This document shows positions 27,189 through 35,942 of a stretch of 64,000 bases of DNA, in pieces. The first letter of the stretch is position 1. The number at the start of each line of letters is the position of its first letter. The notes below the pieces were generated by a model, which ran no database searches, was not told where the DNA came from, and saw nothing but the letters and a program-made list of their open reading frames with translations. The position numbers were made by a program, and so were the translations under genes. The DNA comes from Candidatus Omnitrophota bacterium. Its GTDB lineage: Bacteria > Omnitrophota > Gorgyraeia > JAHJTE01. The DNA lies in assembly GCA_040753675.1 (NCBI GenBank), contig JBFMEB010000006.1, positions 4,561 to 68,560 on the forward strand. Reading direction: 5' to 3'.

Positions 27189-28901
27189 ATGGCAAAGACT
27201 AAACGAAAAATTAAAGATAGGGCGACATGGCTTCTTACTCTTTATGAGATTGCCAGAGAAGTAAATTCTAATTTAGGTCTTAAGCATTGTCTTAATTCTA
27301 TTATTGATAACACAGTAAAACTTCTTAATGTGGAGAGAGCTTCTTTAATGCTCTTTGATAAGCAGAGAAAAGAATTGAAGATAGAGTCGGCAGTTGGCAT
27401 CAGCGCACAGATTATAAGAAAGGCAAGGGTTAAAGTAGGAGAAGGTGTTTCCGGCTGGGTAATGAAGACAGGAAAGGCACTTTTACTTAATGATATATCT
27501 AAAGATAGAAGATTTCGCCCAAGAGAAAAGGGGAGATATTACAATCAGTCGCTTTTAAGCGTGCCTTTAAAAGCGCGTGGAGAGGTAATCGGGGTCCTTA
27601 ATGTTAATAATAAACGCCGGAAGCAAGTATTTACCAGAGATGATTTAGAACTTCTAAGCGCCTTGGCTAATGAGGCTTCCATCGCTGTATATAATGCACG
27701 GCTTTATCAGCAATTGTTGAGCGTCAATGAACGCCTAAAAGAGTTAGATAGATTAAAGTCTGATTTTGTTTCGAATGTTTCTCACGAATTAGGCACCCCA
27801 TTAGCTACTTGCAGATACTTTACCTCTCTAATGCTAAAAGAATCAGCAGGACCGGTGAGCCAACAGCAAAGAGAATATCTGCAACTCATGGATTCTAATA
27901 TCGAGCGCCTGACTCGGTTGATAAATAATTTGCTTTCTCTTTCTCGGATTGAAGCTGGCAGGTTTGAGTTAAGACGCTCTATGGTAAATGTGGCAAATTT
28001 AAGCAAAGAGGTTTTGCGGACATTTGAAGGGCAGCTTAGCGAAAAACAAATAAACATTGAAGATAAGATTCCCCAGAATGTCCCGGAAGTCTATGCTGAT
28101 TCTGAAAGAATAATTGAAGTTTTTACTAATTTAATTGGCAATGCTATTAAATTTAGCCCTAAGAACAGCGTAATTTCATTAAACGCCGCAACTATTACTA
28201 AAGAATTGTCAGCTGGAGGAGAGAGGAGATATTTACTGTCTAGCGTATCAGATACAGGAAAAGGTATTGCTGCCTCTGACTTAGATAAGATTTTCAATAA
28301 ATTCGAACAATTAAAAACTGACTTACCCCAACGAGAAAGGGGCACTGGTTTGGGCTTAGCCATTTGTAAAGAAATCGTTAAATTGCATAAAGGTGATATT
28401 TGGGCAGAATCGGAATTAGGTAAAGGCAGTACCTTTTTCTTTGCTCTTCCTATATACAACGAGGAAGAATATTTCTTAGAGCGGATTTTAGACGAAATAA
28501 AGCGGTCACGAATTAACCGTAGCCCGGTATCATTAGTTGTTTTAGCTATTAAGAATTTCCCAGACACTAAAGCTGGTTTGTCAGCCGATGAGCTTTTAAG
28601 TTTATTATTTGATTTGGAGACTATTGCCAAGAAAACCGTGCGTCGGCCTAATGATATAGTGATAAGATTTAAAAAAGGCGAGATACTAGCCATCTTAGCT
28701 GATACTCACAAAGAAGGTGCCTATGCTTTGGGCGGCCGCGTAAGAGATATGCTTCAGAACTATGAATTTAAAAGTTCTCGAGGACCGATAAAATTACATT
28801 TTGAAATTGGCATAGTAACTTACCCTGATGATGCGCCTAATGAATTAGAGTTATTGCGTCAAGTGGATAAGATATTGGAAGAAAAAGGAGTCAGACGGTG
28901 A
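27189..28901 (+). CDS. Sensor histidine kinase: GAF, HisKA, HATPase_c and a C-terminal degenerate GGDEF domain
   Basis: GAF (aa ~20-170). H-box VSHELGTPL. G-boxes. The C-terminal ~140 aa align to the GGDEF C-terminal half, with GGDEF replaced by FKKGE but an RxxD (RPND) at the I-site position. Confidence 0.8.
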   Translation: MAKTKRKIKDRATWLLTLYEIAREVNSNLGLKHCLNSIIDNTVKLLNVERASLMLFDKQRKELKIESAVGISAQIIRKARVKVGEGVSGWVMKTGKALLLNDISKDRRFRPREKGRYYNQSLLSVPLKARGEVIGVLNVNNKRRKQVFTRDDLELLSALANEASIAVYNARLYQQLLSVNERLKELDRLKSDFVSNVSHELGTPLATCRYFTSLMLKESAGPVSQQQREYLQLMDSNIERLTRLINNLLSLSRIEAGRFELRRSMVNVANLSKEVLRTFEGQLSEKQINIEDKIPQNVPEVYADSERIIEVFTNLIGNAIKFSPKNSVISLNAATITKELSAGGERRYLLSSVSDTGKGIAASDLDKIFNKFEQLKTDLPQRERGTGLGLAICKEIVKLHKGDIWAESELGKGSTFFFALPIYNEEEYFLERILDEIKRSRINRSPVSLVVLAIKNFPDTKAGLSADELLSLLFDLETIAKKTVRRPNDIVIRFKKGEILAILADTHKEGAYALGGRVRDMLQNYEFKSSRGPIKLHFEIGIVTYPDDAPNELELLRQVDKILEEKGVRR

Positions 28902-29287
28902 AGGCAGAAGCTGGAGGCTCAATAAAAAAGAGGATTCTTGTTGTTGACGACGAGCCAGACTTTCTCATGGCCATTAAGGCAATGTTAGAGGCTAATAATT
29001 TTACTGTTTTGACTGCGGTTGACGGCCAGGAAGGGTTGAATTTAGCAAGGCGAGAAAAGCCTGATTTGATTGTTTTGGATTTAATGCTTCCCAAGATGGA
29101 TGGATACAAGGTATGTAGGTTCCTTAAATTTGATGAAAAATATCAAAAGATTCCAATAATTATGCTTACTGCCCGGGGCCAGGAAGAAGATAAACAACTA
29201 GGAAAGGAGATGGGCGCTGACTTCTATATTGTTAAATCAGAGAGGCCGGAGGTTTTATTGGATAAAATTAAGGAATTTCTTAAATAG
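28898..29287 (+). CDS. Single-domain response regulator (CheY-like receiver)
   Basis: ILVVDDEPDF...DLIVLDLMLPKMDG...T...K receiver hallmarks. Confidence 0.85.
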   Translation: MKAEAGGSIKKRILVVDDEPDFLMAIKAMLEANNFTVLTAVDGQEGLNLARREKPDLIVLDLMLPKMDGYKVCRFLKFDEKYQKIPIIMLTARGQEEDKQLGKEMGADFYIVKSERPEVLLDKIKEFLK

Positions 29288-29289
29288 CC

Positions 29290-30924
29290 ATGGAGAAAAC
29301 CAGCAAAATATTAATCGGGATAGATATAGGAGAATATTCTATTAAAGCTGTAAAGATAGAAAAGACAGCTTCGGGATTGCGGATTCTAGATTTTATTACC
29401 AAAGATGAAATCTCTAAAAATGCACAAGGCGAAATCGACCCCGCTGTTATAAAGGATATTTTAAATAAGTTCTCAATTGAGGGGGCGCAGATTTGTTCTG
29501 TTATTTCTGGAGGAGACATAGTAGTTAAGCACGCTATTGTGCCATTTATGCCCAAGGAGGAATTAAAAGACGCAGTGCGTTGGTCTTTGAAGGAAGTAGT
29601 AAATTTCAACTTAGAGGAAAGCAAAGTCGACTTTCAGATACAAGATGCTATTACCGGCACAGATGGCATAAAGCGCAACGAGGTCTTAGCTGTAGCAGTT
29701 AACAATGCGGTTATTGATAAAAATGTAAAATTACTCCAAGCAGCCGGCATAGAGCCATACTTAATTACTACGAGCCATTTTGCCTTAGCAAATTTGGTTG
29801 CGCATAACGAACGAATAATGCAAGGTAAAACCAATGTCTTGATTGACATCGGGTTTAAGAAAACTACCATCTTAATTTTTAGAGGCACAAAATTAGAATT
29901 TATCCGACAGATTTCTTCCGCAGGAGATAGTTTTACCAAGGCTTTAAGCGGCGTGGTGGTTACATTTCCCAAACGAATAGAATTGGATTTTAAAAAAGCG
30001 CAAGAGTTAATAAGACAATGCGGCATTCCTTCTAAATTTGAAGCGAATGCTAACGTCCAAGATGTTCCGTTGTCTCAAATATCTGTATTAATGCGGCCGG
30101 TTTTGGAGCGTTTTCTCACTGATGTGCGGGGCTCTTTTAAATATTTTAGGGAAGAATTCCAAGTTGAGTCAATAGATCAGATTTTTTTATCAGGTTCCGG
30201 TGCGATGTTAAAGAATTTAGTTGAATTTGTAAAGGATGGTTTGGGAGGTATACCTACTCAGTTAATTCCCATGCCTGAGCGGTTAGGCTTCCAGGTAGAT
30301 AAAGATAAGTTGTTACCCCTTCTGCCTGCATTGTCAGTGAGTATAGGAGCATGTTTAGGAGAGGATAATGTTATAAATTTAGTTCCTAAGTCGGTAAAGA
30401 TGCAGAAATCTATAAGTGTCCAGCAAAGAATATTAAGTTTTGCTGGTATTATACTTCTTATAATTGTACCTTTTACTTTCATATCATTAATACTAAAGTT
30501 GAACCGTTATAAAAGGATTCTCATATCCTATAATGACTATTATAGTAATCTGGTTAAATTACGCACCTTGAGGGATAATATTGTCGAACGCCAGAAGTTT
30601 TTCAATGAAATTATCGGTCGGGAACAAAATCTTTTCTTATATTTGAAAGAATTGAGCCGCATCGTGCCCAGTGCAATTGAGTTTAGGCATCTTGAATATG
30701 ATAAAACCCAAGAGATATTTTTAATACAAGGCTTAGCTTATAGCGCTGAAATTTCTTCTGAGAAATCTTTATCTAATTTTCTGCTTGACTTAGAAAATTC
30801 TCCTTATTTTAGTGATGTAAATCTGATTTCTAGCAAAAAAACTAGTACCGATCAGATAGAAATCGTAGATTTTGTATTAAGTGTTAAATTAACCAAAGTT
30901 AACCCCGTTAGAGATTACAAGTAA
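29290..30924 (+). CDS. pilM: Second PilM-PilN fusion protein
   Basis: ILIGIDIGEYSIKAVKIE actin-like N-terminus. C-terminal TM (ILSFAGIILLIIVPFTFISLIL) plus a PilN-like tail. Paralogous to 13578-15209. Confidence 0.75.
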   Translation: MEKTSKILIGIDIGEYSIKAVKIEKTASGLRILDFITKDEISKNAQGEIDPAVIKDILNKFSIEGAQICSVISGGDIVVKHAIVPFMPKEELKDAVRWSLKEVVNFNLEESKVDFQIQDAITGTDGIKRNEVLAVAVNNAVIDKNVKLLQAAGIEPYLITTSHFALANLVAHNERIMQGKTNVLIDIGFKKTTILIFRGTKLEFIRQISSAGDSFTKALSGVVVTFPKRIELDFKKAQELIRQCGIPSKFEANANVQDVPLSQISVLMRPVLERFLTDVRGSFKYFREEFQVESIDQIFLSGSGAMLKNLVEFVKDGLGGIPTQLIPMPERLGFQVDKDKLLPLLPALSVSIGACLGEDNVINLVPKSVKMQKSISVQQRILSFAGIILLIIVPFTFISLILKLNRYKRILISYNDYYSNLVKLRTLRDNIVERQKFFNEIIGREQNLFLYLKELSRIVPSAIEFRHLEYDKTQEIFLIQGLAYSAEISSEKSLSNFLLDLENSPYFSDVNLISSKKTSTDQIEIVDFVLSVKLTKVNPVRDYK

Positions 30925-31184
30925 TGTTCTACACCTATGTTCTTAGAAGCAAAAAGGATAAAAAGCAATATACCGGCACTACTTCTAACTTACGGAAACG
31001 CTTCAAGGAGCATAATGATAACAAGGTAACCTCTACCAAAGGCAGAGGCCCTTTTGAACTAATATATTTTGAATTCTGCTTAAACAAACACGATGCCTTT
31101 GCTAGGGAAAGATTTCTAAAAAGTGGCATGGGTAAACGTTACTTAAAAAACAGATTGAAGCGTTTCCTATCTCTAACGGGGTAA
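30924..31184 (+). CDS. GIY-YIG nuclease-superfamily small protein (UPF0213/YhbQ-like)
   Basis: FYTYVLRS...KQYTGTTSNLRKRFKEHN is the GIY-YIG motif. Its start overlaps the pilM/N stop (TAATG). Confidence 0.8.
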   Translation: MFYTYVLRSKKDKKQYTGTTSNLRKRFKEHNDNKVTSTKGRGPFELIYFEFCLNKHDAFARERFLKSGMGKRYLKNRLKRFLSLTG

Positions 31185-31185
31185 A

Positions 31186-31842
31186 ATGAAACCTTTAACA
31201 TTAGACATTGATAAGCGCCAGATAATAATTTTAGTTGTGGGCGTAGCCATGCTTTTTGCCCTTATCCTCTATTGGCAATTTTTTTATGCGCCTAAAGCCG
31301 CGGAAGTTTCAGCTATATCTGTAAAGGTTAAAGATCTAGATATTAATATTAAAGAAGAGGAAGCTAAGCGTCAAGCTTTGGACTACGAAAAAGAGATAAA
31401 TAAAATCCAACAAGAAGTCTCTCGCCTTCAGGATAAATTTCCTTCCCAGAATGAGTTGCCAACTTTATTCCAGGAATTATTTAATCAAGCTGATAAATTT
31501 AAAATCGAAATTATCTCTCTTGAGCCGGATAAGCCATCCATTTATAAAACACAAGGCGAAGAAAAGACTGGTCTCATTTTTAATAAAGTTCCCTTAAAAA
31601 TACAGTTGAGGGCAAACTACAAGCCTTTAGCTGAATTCTTAAAAGCATTATATGAAAATCCGAAATTTGCTTTTAGTTTTGATGATTTAAAAATAGACAA
31701 GATTCAGAGCCGCGAGACTAAAGTTGCAAAATTAGAAATTAATTTAGTCTTAGGTGCGTTTGTCTTGTCTCACGAAGGAGCTGTATCTCTGGAAGAGGAT
31801 TTGCAAAAAACTTTTGATATGAATCTGCGGGGATTAAAGTAA
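31186..31842 (+). CDS. PilO-like protein (module 2)
   Basis: N-terminal TM plus coiled coil. Position and size as for 15194-15739. Confidence 0.55.
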   Translation: MKPLTLDIDKRQIIILVVGVAMLFALILYWQFFYAPKAAEVSAISVKVKDLDINIKEEEAKRQALDYEKEINKIQQEVSRLQDKFPSQNELPTLFQELFNQADKFKIEIISLEPDKPSIYKTQGEEKTGLIFNKVPLKIQLRANYKPLAEFLKALYENPKFAFSFDDLKIDKIQSRETKVAKLEINLVLGAFVLSHEGAVSLEEDLQKTFDMNLRGLK

Positions 31843-32402
31843 TGGATAAAGAGAAGAAAGAATTGATACTAGCACCCATACTTGTTATTATAGCCATACT
31901 ATTTGTCTTATCTACCGTAAAAAAAGTTATGCGCTCTTTTCCGCAACGCAAAGTGGGAATGCCTTCTCCGGCTGTTATAGATAAATCAAAATTACAAAAG
32001 CATACTCCTGTTCCTTTAAGCCCACCACGATTTGAAAAAGTTGTCCCCTCAGAGATAAATGCTGCGCCAGCCGAGGAAGCCAAATTTGATATTGACACTA
32101 TAGACTGGGGCAGAGACCCTTTTACTTTTGATCTGGCACTTCTTTTTAGCTCAGATAAAGATCAGGGGCACTTAGCAAAATTAGAACAACTTTCCAGGCT
32201 TAAACTCACCGGCATGATTATTTCTAAAGACAACCCGAAGGATTCAATTGCGGTAATTAACGGCGAAAACTTGAAAGTAGGAGAAATGATCTCCGGATTT
32301 ATATTGAAAGAGGTTAAGACTAATTCTGTTGTTCTGGCGTGGGATAGCGAAGAATTTACATTGATGCTATGGGAAGAAGAATCCCAAAAGAAAGAAAGGT
32401 AA
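31842..32402 (+). CDS. PilP-like protein (module 2)
   Basis: N-terminal TM. C-terminal GMIISKDNPKDSIAVINGENLKVGEMISGFILKEV resembles the C-terminus of 15742. Confidence 0.4.
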   Translation: MDKEKKELILAPILVIIAILFVLSTVKKVMRSFPQRKVGMPSPAVIDKSKLQKHTPVPLSPPRFEKVVPSEINAAPAEEAKFDIDTIDWGRDPFTFDLALLFSSDKDQGHLAKLEQLSRLKLTGMIISKDNPKDSIAVINGENLKVGEMISGFILKEVKTNSVVLAWDSEEFTLMLWEEESQKKER

Positions 32403-33103
32403 ATAAGCCTGCCATAATTAGCCCCGAGACACTACGAGCTATTTCTAAGATAAGCGAAGCTATTATCTCTGATTTGTATCTGGAAGATATACTGCGTTTA
32501 ATTGTGACGGTCAGCGCGAGAATAATGAATTCAAAGATTTGTTCATTGATGTTATTAGATCCTCAAAAAAATGAGTTGGTAATTCGTGCCACTCAATCGG
32601 TTAGTCCCTTGTATAACAAAAAGCCGAATTTAAAAGTTGGTGTCGGCGTTGCTGGTTTAGTAGCTAAAGAAAACAAGCCGATGATTATCAGTGATGTTAA
32701 AACAGATCCGCGTTATTTAAATAGAGAAATTGCCAAAAAAGAAAATTTATGTTCCCTCTTAAGCGTGCCCTTAAGAGTTAAAGGCAAGGTCATCGGTGTT
32801 TTTAATTTATACACCTCTAAGCCACATAAATTCAGCGATGCTGAAGTTAAGGTTTTAACCAGCGTGGCTAATCAGGCAGCGATTGCTATTGAGCACGCTA
32901 GACTTATGGTAGAGACTGATGTAATTAAAGAGGAATTGGCAACGCGAAAAGCAGTAGAGCGGGCAAAGGGACTACTTATGCGCCAGGAAGGCTTAGATGA
33001 AGAAGGTGCCTTCAGAAAGATTCAGAAGACAAGTATGGATACACGCAGGTCGATGCGTGAAATAGCCGAAGCAATTATTTTAACAAGCCAAATGAAGAAA
33101 TAG
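32369..33103 (+). CDS. GAF-ANTAR RNA-binding antiterminator-like regulator
   Basis: GAF domain (aa ~25-175). C-terminal ANTAR (ELATRKAVERAKGLLMRQEGLDEEGAFRKIQKTSMDTRRSMREIAEAII). Confidence 0.8.
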   Translation: MGRRIPKERKVNKPAIISPETLRAISKISEAIISDLYLEDILRLIVTVSARIMNSKICSLMLLDPQKNELVIRATQSVSPLYNKKPNLKVGVGVAGLVAKENKPMIISDVKTDPRYLNREIAKKENLCSLLSVPLRVKGKVIGVFNLYTSKPHKFSDAEVKVLTSVANQAAIAIEHARLMVETDVIKEELATRKAVERAKGLLMRQEGLDEEGAFRKIQKTSMDTRRSMREIAEAIILTSQMKK

Positions 33104-33137
33104 CCCCTTCTGTTAGGAATTAAAATCTTTCCTGCTG

Positions 33138-35420
33138 ATGGTCAAAAATAATATTTATTCAGAAACAGTTAAGCTTCTTGGGCTTACCGTCAAGAAGGTC
33201 TCCCTTTATTCGCGAAACCATCCCATCGTAACAGCATCAATGAATCAGCTATTCCAACATTTACAACAGATACTTTCTGAAATTTCTCAGGTTACAATTT
33301 CCACCAAAGGAGAAGAGATATTTTTTAATGACACCTCTTTGCTGCGCAAAGAATTAGGAACACAAGAATTAATTGAAAAATTAAAACAATTCCGCATAGA
33401 TAGTATTTCTTTTAGTCCTGGCTTAGAATTGAAAGAATTGGAACATCTGATTCTTGTTTTAAGTAGCGGCAAGAAAATAGACGAAAACCAACAGCAACTC
33501 AAAGATAATTTTTTCAGCAAAGGTTTTGCTCATATACGTGCCAATCTTATTCGCTACGAAAAAGTAACCGAAGGACAAAGAGTGGTAGCGAAAGACGCTA
33601 TCTTAGAGGCAGAAAGTTTTATAAAAAAGGAAGCCCAAGAGCCAGATAAACCGGGAGAAATAATTCTTAGCGATTTTCTTAGTGGAAAAGTATTAGATCT
33701 GCCTTTAGAGAAATATCAACAGGACATTTTATCAAAATTTATAAATAATCCTGCGAGTTTTGCCCAGCCAATTTTACAAGCAGCAGTTTCCCGTGGAAAC
33801 TTAGGTGAGATTTTAGATAAATTTAAGGAATTCATTTTAGATGCGTTAACAAATGAACTTTGCGCTAAAAAAAGAAAACCAGAAAGATTAGTTTCTTCTT
33901 TTGAAAAAAGTATCGCTTCTGGCTTAACTGAGCCACAGATAGCTGAAAAACTCAAAATAAAAAAAGACGAATTAACCGAAATTTTCTCAAAATTTAACGA
34001 TGAACTAAAACTTCATATGTTGATTAAGTACTTCCAGGATAGTAGGCCTAATAATGATAAATTTATAGAGCGCTCGAGTAAATTGCTAACTGACAACGAA
34101 GAATTGAATAGATTAAAAGATAAATTGAAACAAGCGTTATTGGATGGCGGCTTGACAGATGTTGATAGCGATGCCTTGCTTGGACAGATTGATAATACCT
34201 TGGTGAAAGAGGAAAAAATTACCATCTCAAAGATAGAATATGAGCATTTGAAAAATAAGGCAGAAATTTTTGATAAGACATTGCTGGAAAGGGTAAAACA
34301 GGTAACCCTGGAGCTGGAAAAGAAAACTAAGCGCCTAGGGGATGAGAAAGAGCGGGTGGATACTGTAATCCGCAATCTCGCCGAGGGCCTAATTGTGGTT
34401 GATAAAGATGGCAAAGTGGTGATGATTAATCCCGCCGCTGAGCAATTATTAGGAATTTCCAAAGAGAATAAGATAGGCAAACATATACTAGAAGATATCA
34501 GTAGCCATCAACTTGTGGCTTTAACAAGGGGAAATTTAGCTGACGAAGGTGGGCAAGTCAGCAAAGAAATAGAGCTTAAAAGTAAAGACGAGAAGACCCA
34601 GAAGATATTGCGGGCAAGCACGGCAGTGGTAGAGAATGAAGACGGTAATACGGTAGGTATGGTTATGGTTTTAAGTGACATTACTCGACAGAAACAAGTA
34701 GAAAAAATGAAGTCAGACTTTTTCTCACATATGAGCCACGAATTACGTACCCCCATTATTGCGGCACAAAAGTCTATCTCGCTTTTGCTAACTCAGACAG
34801 CAGGAAATATTAATGATGACCAGAATAAATTTTTAGGTATTGCCAATTCTAACCTCGTTCGGTTATCGCGATTAATTGACAATATACTGGATATGTCAAA
34901 AATTGAAGCTGGCAAGCTAAAGATTAATTCCATTAAATTCGATATTGCTGAGCTTATTAGAGATATCACCAATTCTCTTTCTAGTTGGGCTACTGATAAG
35001 CATATCCAGCTGGTTGCTGATGTGCCTGGTAAAGCAATCGAGATTGAGGCAGATAAAGAGCGGATTAGCCAGGTTCTGACGAATTTTATAGGTAATGCAC
35101 TTAAATTTACACCTCAGGAAGGCAAAATCACAGTTTCAGGTAAGGAACTAGTTAAAGATGATATAGAATCAATCCAGGTTAGCGTAACAGATAGTGGCAT
35201 CGGCATTGAAAAAAATGACCTGGAGAGAATATTTAATAAGTTTGAACAAGTAAGCCTATCATCTCCCATAGGAGTAAGTGGAACCGGTTTAGGATTATAT
35301 ATATGTAAAGAAATTATCCAATTACATAATGGCAAGGTTTGGGCTGAAAGTGAAGTCGGGAAAGGCAGTGCTTTTAGCTTTATTATTCCAAAGAAATTCG
35401 TAAATGAAGCCACAACTTAG
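33138..35420 (+). CDS. Large PAS-domain sensor histidine kinase
   Basis: ~400-aa N-terminal helical region. PAS (NLAEGLIVVDKDGKVVMINPAAEQLLGI). HisKA (MSHELRTPI). HATPase_c (GTGLGLYICKEII). Confidence 0.85.
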   Translation: MVKNNIYSETVKLLGLTVKKVSLYSRNHPIVTASMNQLFQHLQQILSEISQVTISTKGEEIFFNDTSLLRKELGTQELIEKLKQFRIDSISFSPGLELKELEHLILVLSSGKKIDENQQQLKDNFFSKGFAHIRANLIRYEKVTEGQRVVAKDAILEAESFIKKEAQEPDKPGEIILSDFLSGKVLDLPLEKYQQDILSKFINNPASFAQPILQAAVSRGNLGEILDKFKEFILDALTNELCAKKRKPERLVSSFEKSIASGLTEPQIAEKLKIKKDELTEIFSKFNDELKLHMLIKYFQDSRPNNDKFIERSSKLLTDNEELNRLKDKLKQALLDGGLTDVDSDALLGQIDNTLVKEEKITISKIEYEHLKNKAEIFDKTLLERVKQVTLELEKKTKRLGDEKERVDTVIRNLAEGLIVVDKDGKVVMINPAAEQLLGISKENKIGKHILEDISSHQLVALTRGNLADEGGQVSKEIELKSKDEKTQKILRASTAVVENEDGNTVGMVMVLSDITRQKQVEKMKSDFFSHMSHELRTPIIAAQKSISLLLTQTAGNINDDQNKFLGIANSNLVRLSRLIDNILDMSKIEAGKLKINSIKFDIAELIRDITNSLSSWATDKHIQLVADVPGKAIEIEADKERISQVLTNFIGNALKFTPQEGKITVSGKELVKDDIESIQVSVTDSGIGIEKNDLERIFNKFEQVSLSSPIGVSGTGLGLYICKEIIQLHNGKVWAESEVGKGSAFSFIIPKKFVNEATT

Positions 35421-35437
35421 CGAGCAAGCTAAAGTTC

Positions 35438-35457
35438 CCTGCCTGCCGGCAGGCAGG
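35438..35457. repeat. GC-rich 20-bp perfect palindrome cctgcctgccggcaggcagg, copy 1 of 2
   Basis: Also at 45877-45896 (19/20). Both copies lie immediately 3' of a gene stop in an AT-rich genome. Possible terminator hairpin or protein site. Confidence 0.8.
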
Positions 35458-35491
35458 TGTAAGTTATCTGCTCATTGAAGGAGGTCAATCA

Positions 35492-35920
35492 ATGGATAAA
35501 AAAACACCAAATGCAAATAGCGACATAGACATACTACTTATTGATGATGAGAAAGATTTTGTTTCAACAATGGAATTTTGGCTTAAAGGTCAAGGCTACA
35601 AAGTTCAGACTGTCTTTAATGGCCAAGATGCTTTAAAAATAATAAAGGTGCAGGCTCCACATATTGTTTTTCTCGATATAAATATGCCGGTTATGGACGG
35701 TATTGAGACCTTAAAAAGGATTCGGCAGATTGATAGCGAGCTACCGGTAGTTATGATTACTGCCCATGATACTGACGAGAACAGAAAGGAGGCTTATAAA
35801 TTGAAAGCCAATGCCTTTTTTGATAAGTCAAAAGACTTCTATGAAGCAGACCATATTATAAAATCAATATTGCATTTTTTTGCTAAGGGCAAAAAAGACA
35901 ACAATAAAAAGGGCAATTGA
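35492..35920 (+). CDS. Single-domain response regulator (CheY-like) with a basic C-terminal tail
   Basis: ILLIDDEKDF...HIVFLDINMPVMDG...T..K. Confidence 0.85.
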   Translation: MDKKTPNANSDIDILLIDDEKDFVSTMEFWLKGQGYKVQTVFNGQDALKIIKVQAPHIVFLDINMPVMDGIETLKRIRQIDSELPVVMITAHDTDENRKEAYKLKANAFFDKSKDFYEADHIIKSILHFFAKGKKDNNKKGN

Positions 35921-35942
35921 TAAGGGTATCTTTTAGGAAATT

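Noticed and set aside
28091-28693. Minus-strand ORFs overlapping confident + strand genes, for example 28091-28693, 54635-55267, 6693-7121, 34013-34480, 59025-59393, 45164-45628 and 43849-44289
   Set aside because: All lie antisense to genes with strong family signatures on the + strand. Their products are low-complexity (Ser/Leu/Ile/Phe-rich), typical of AT-rich antisense frames. No domains recognised.
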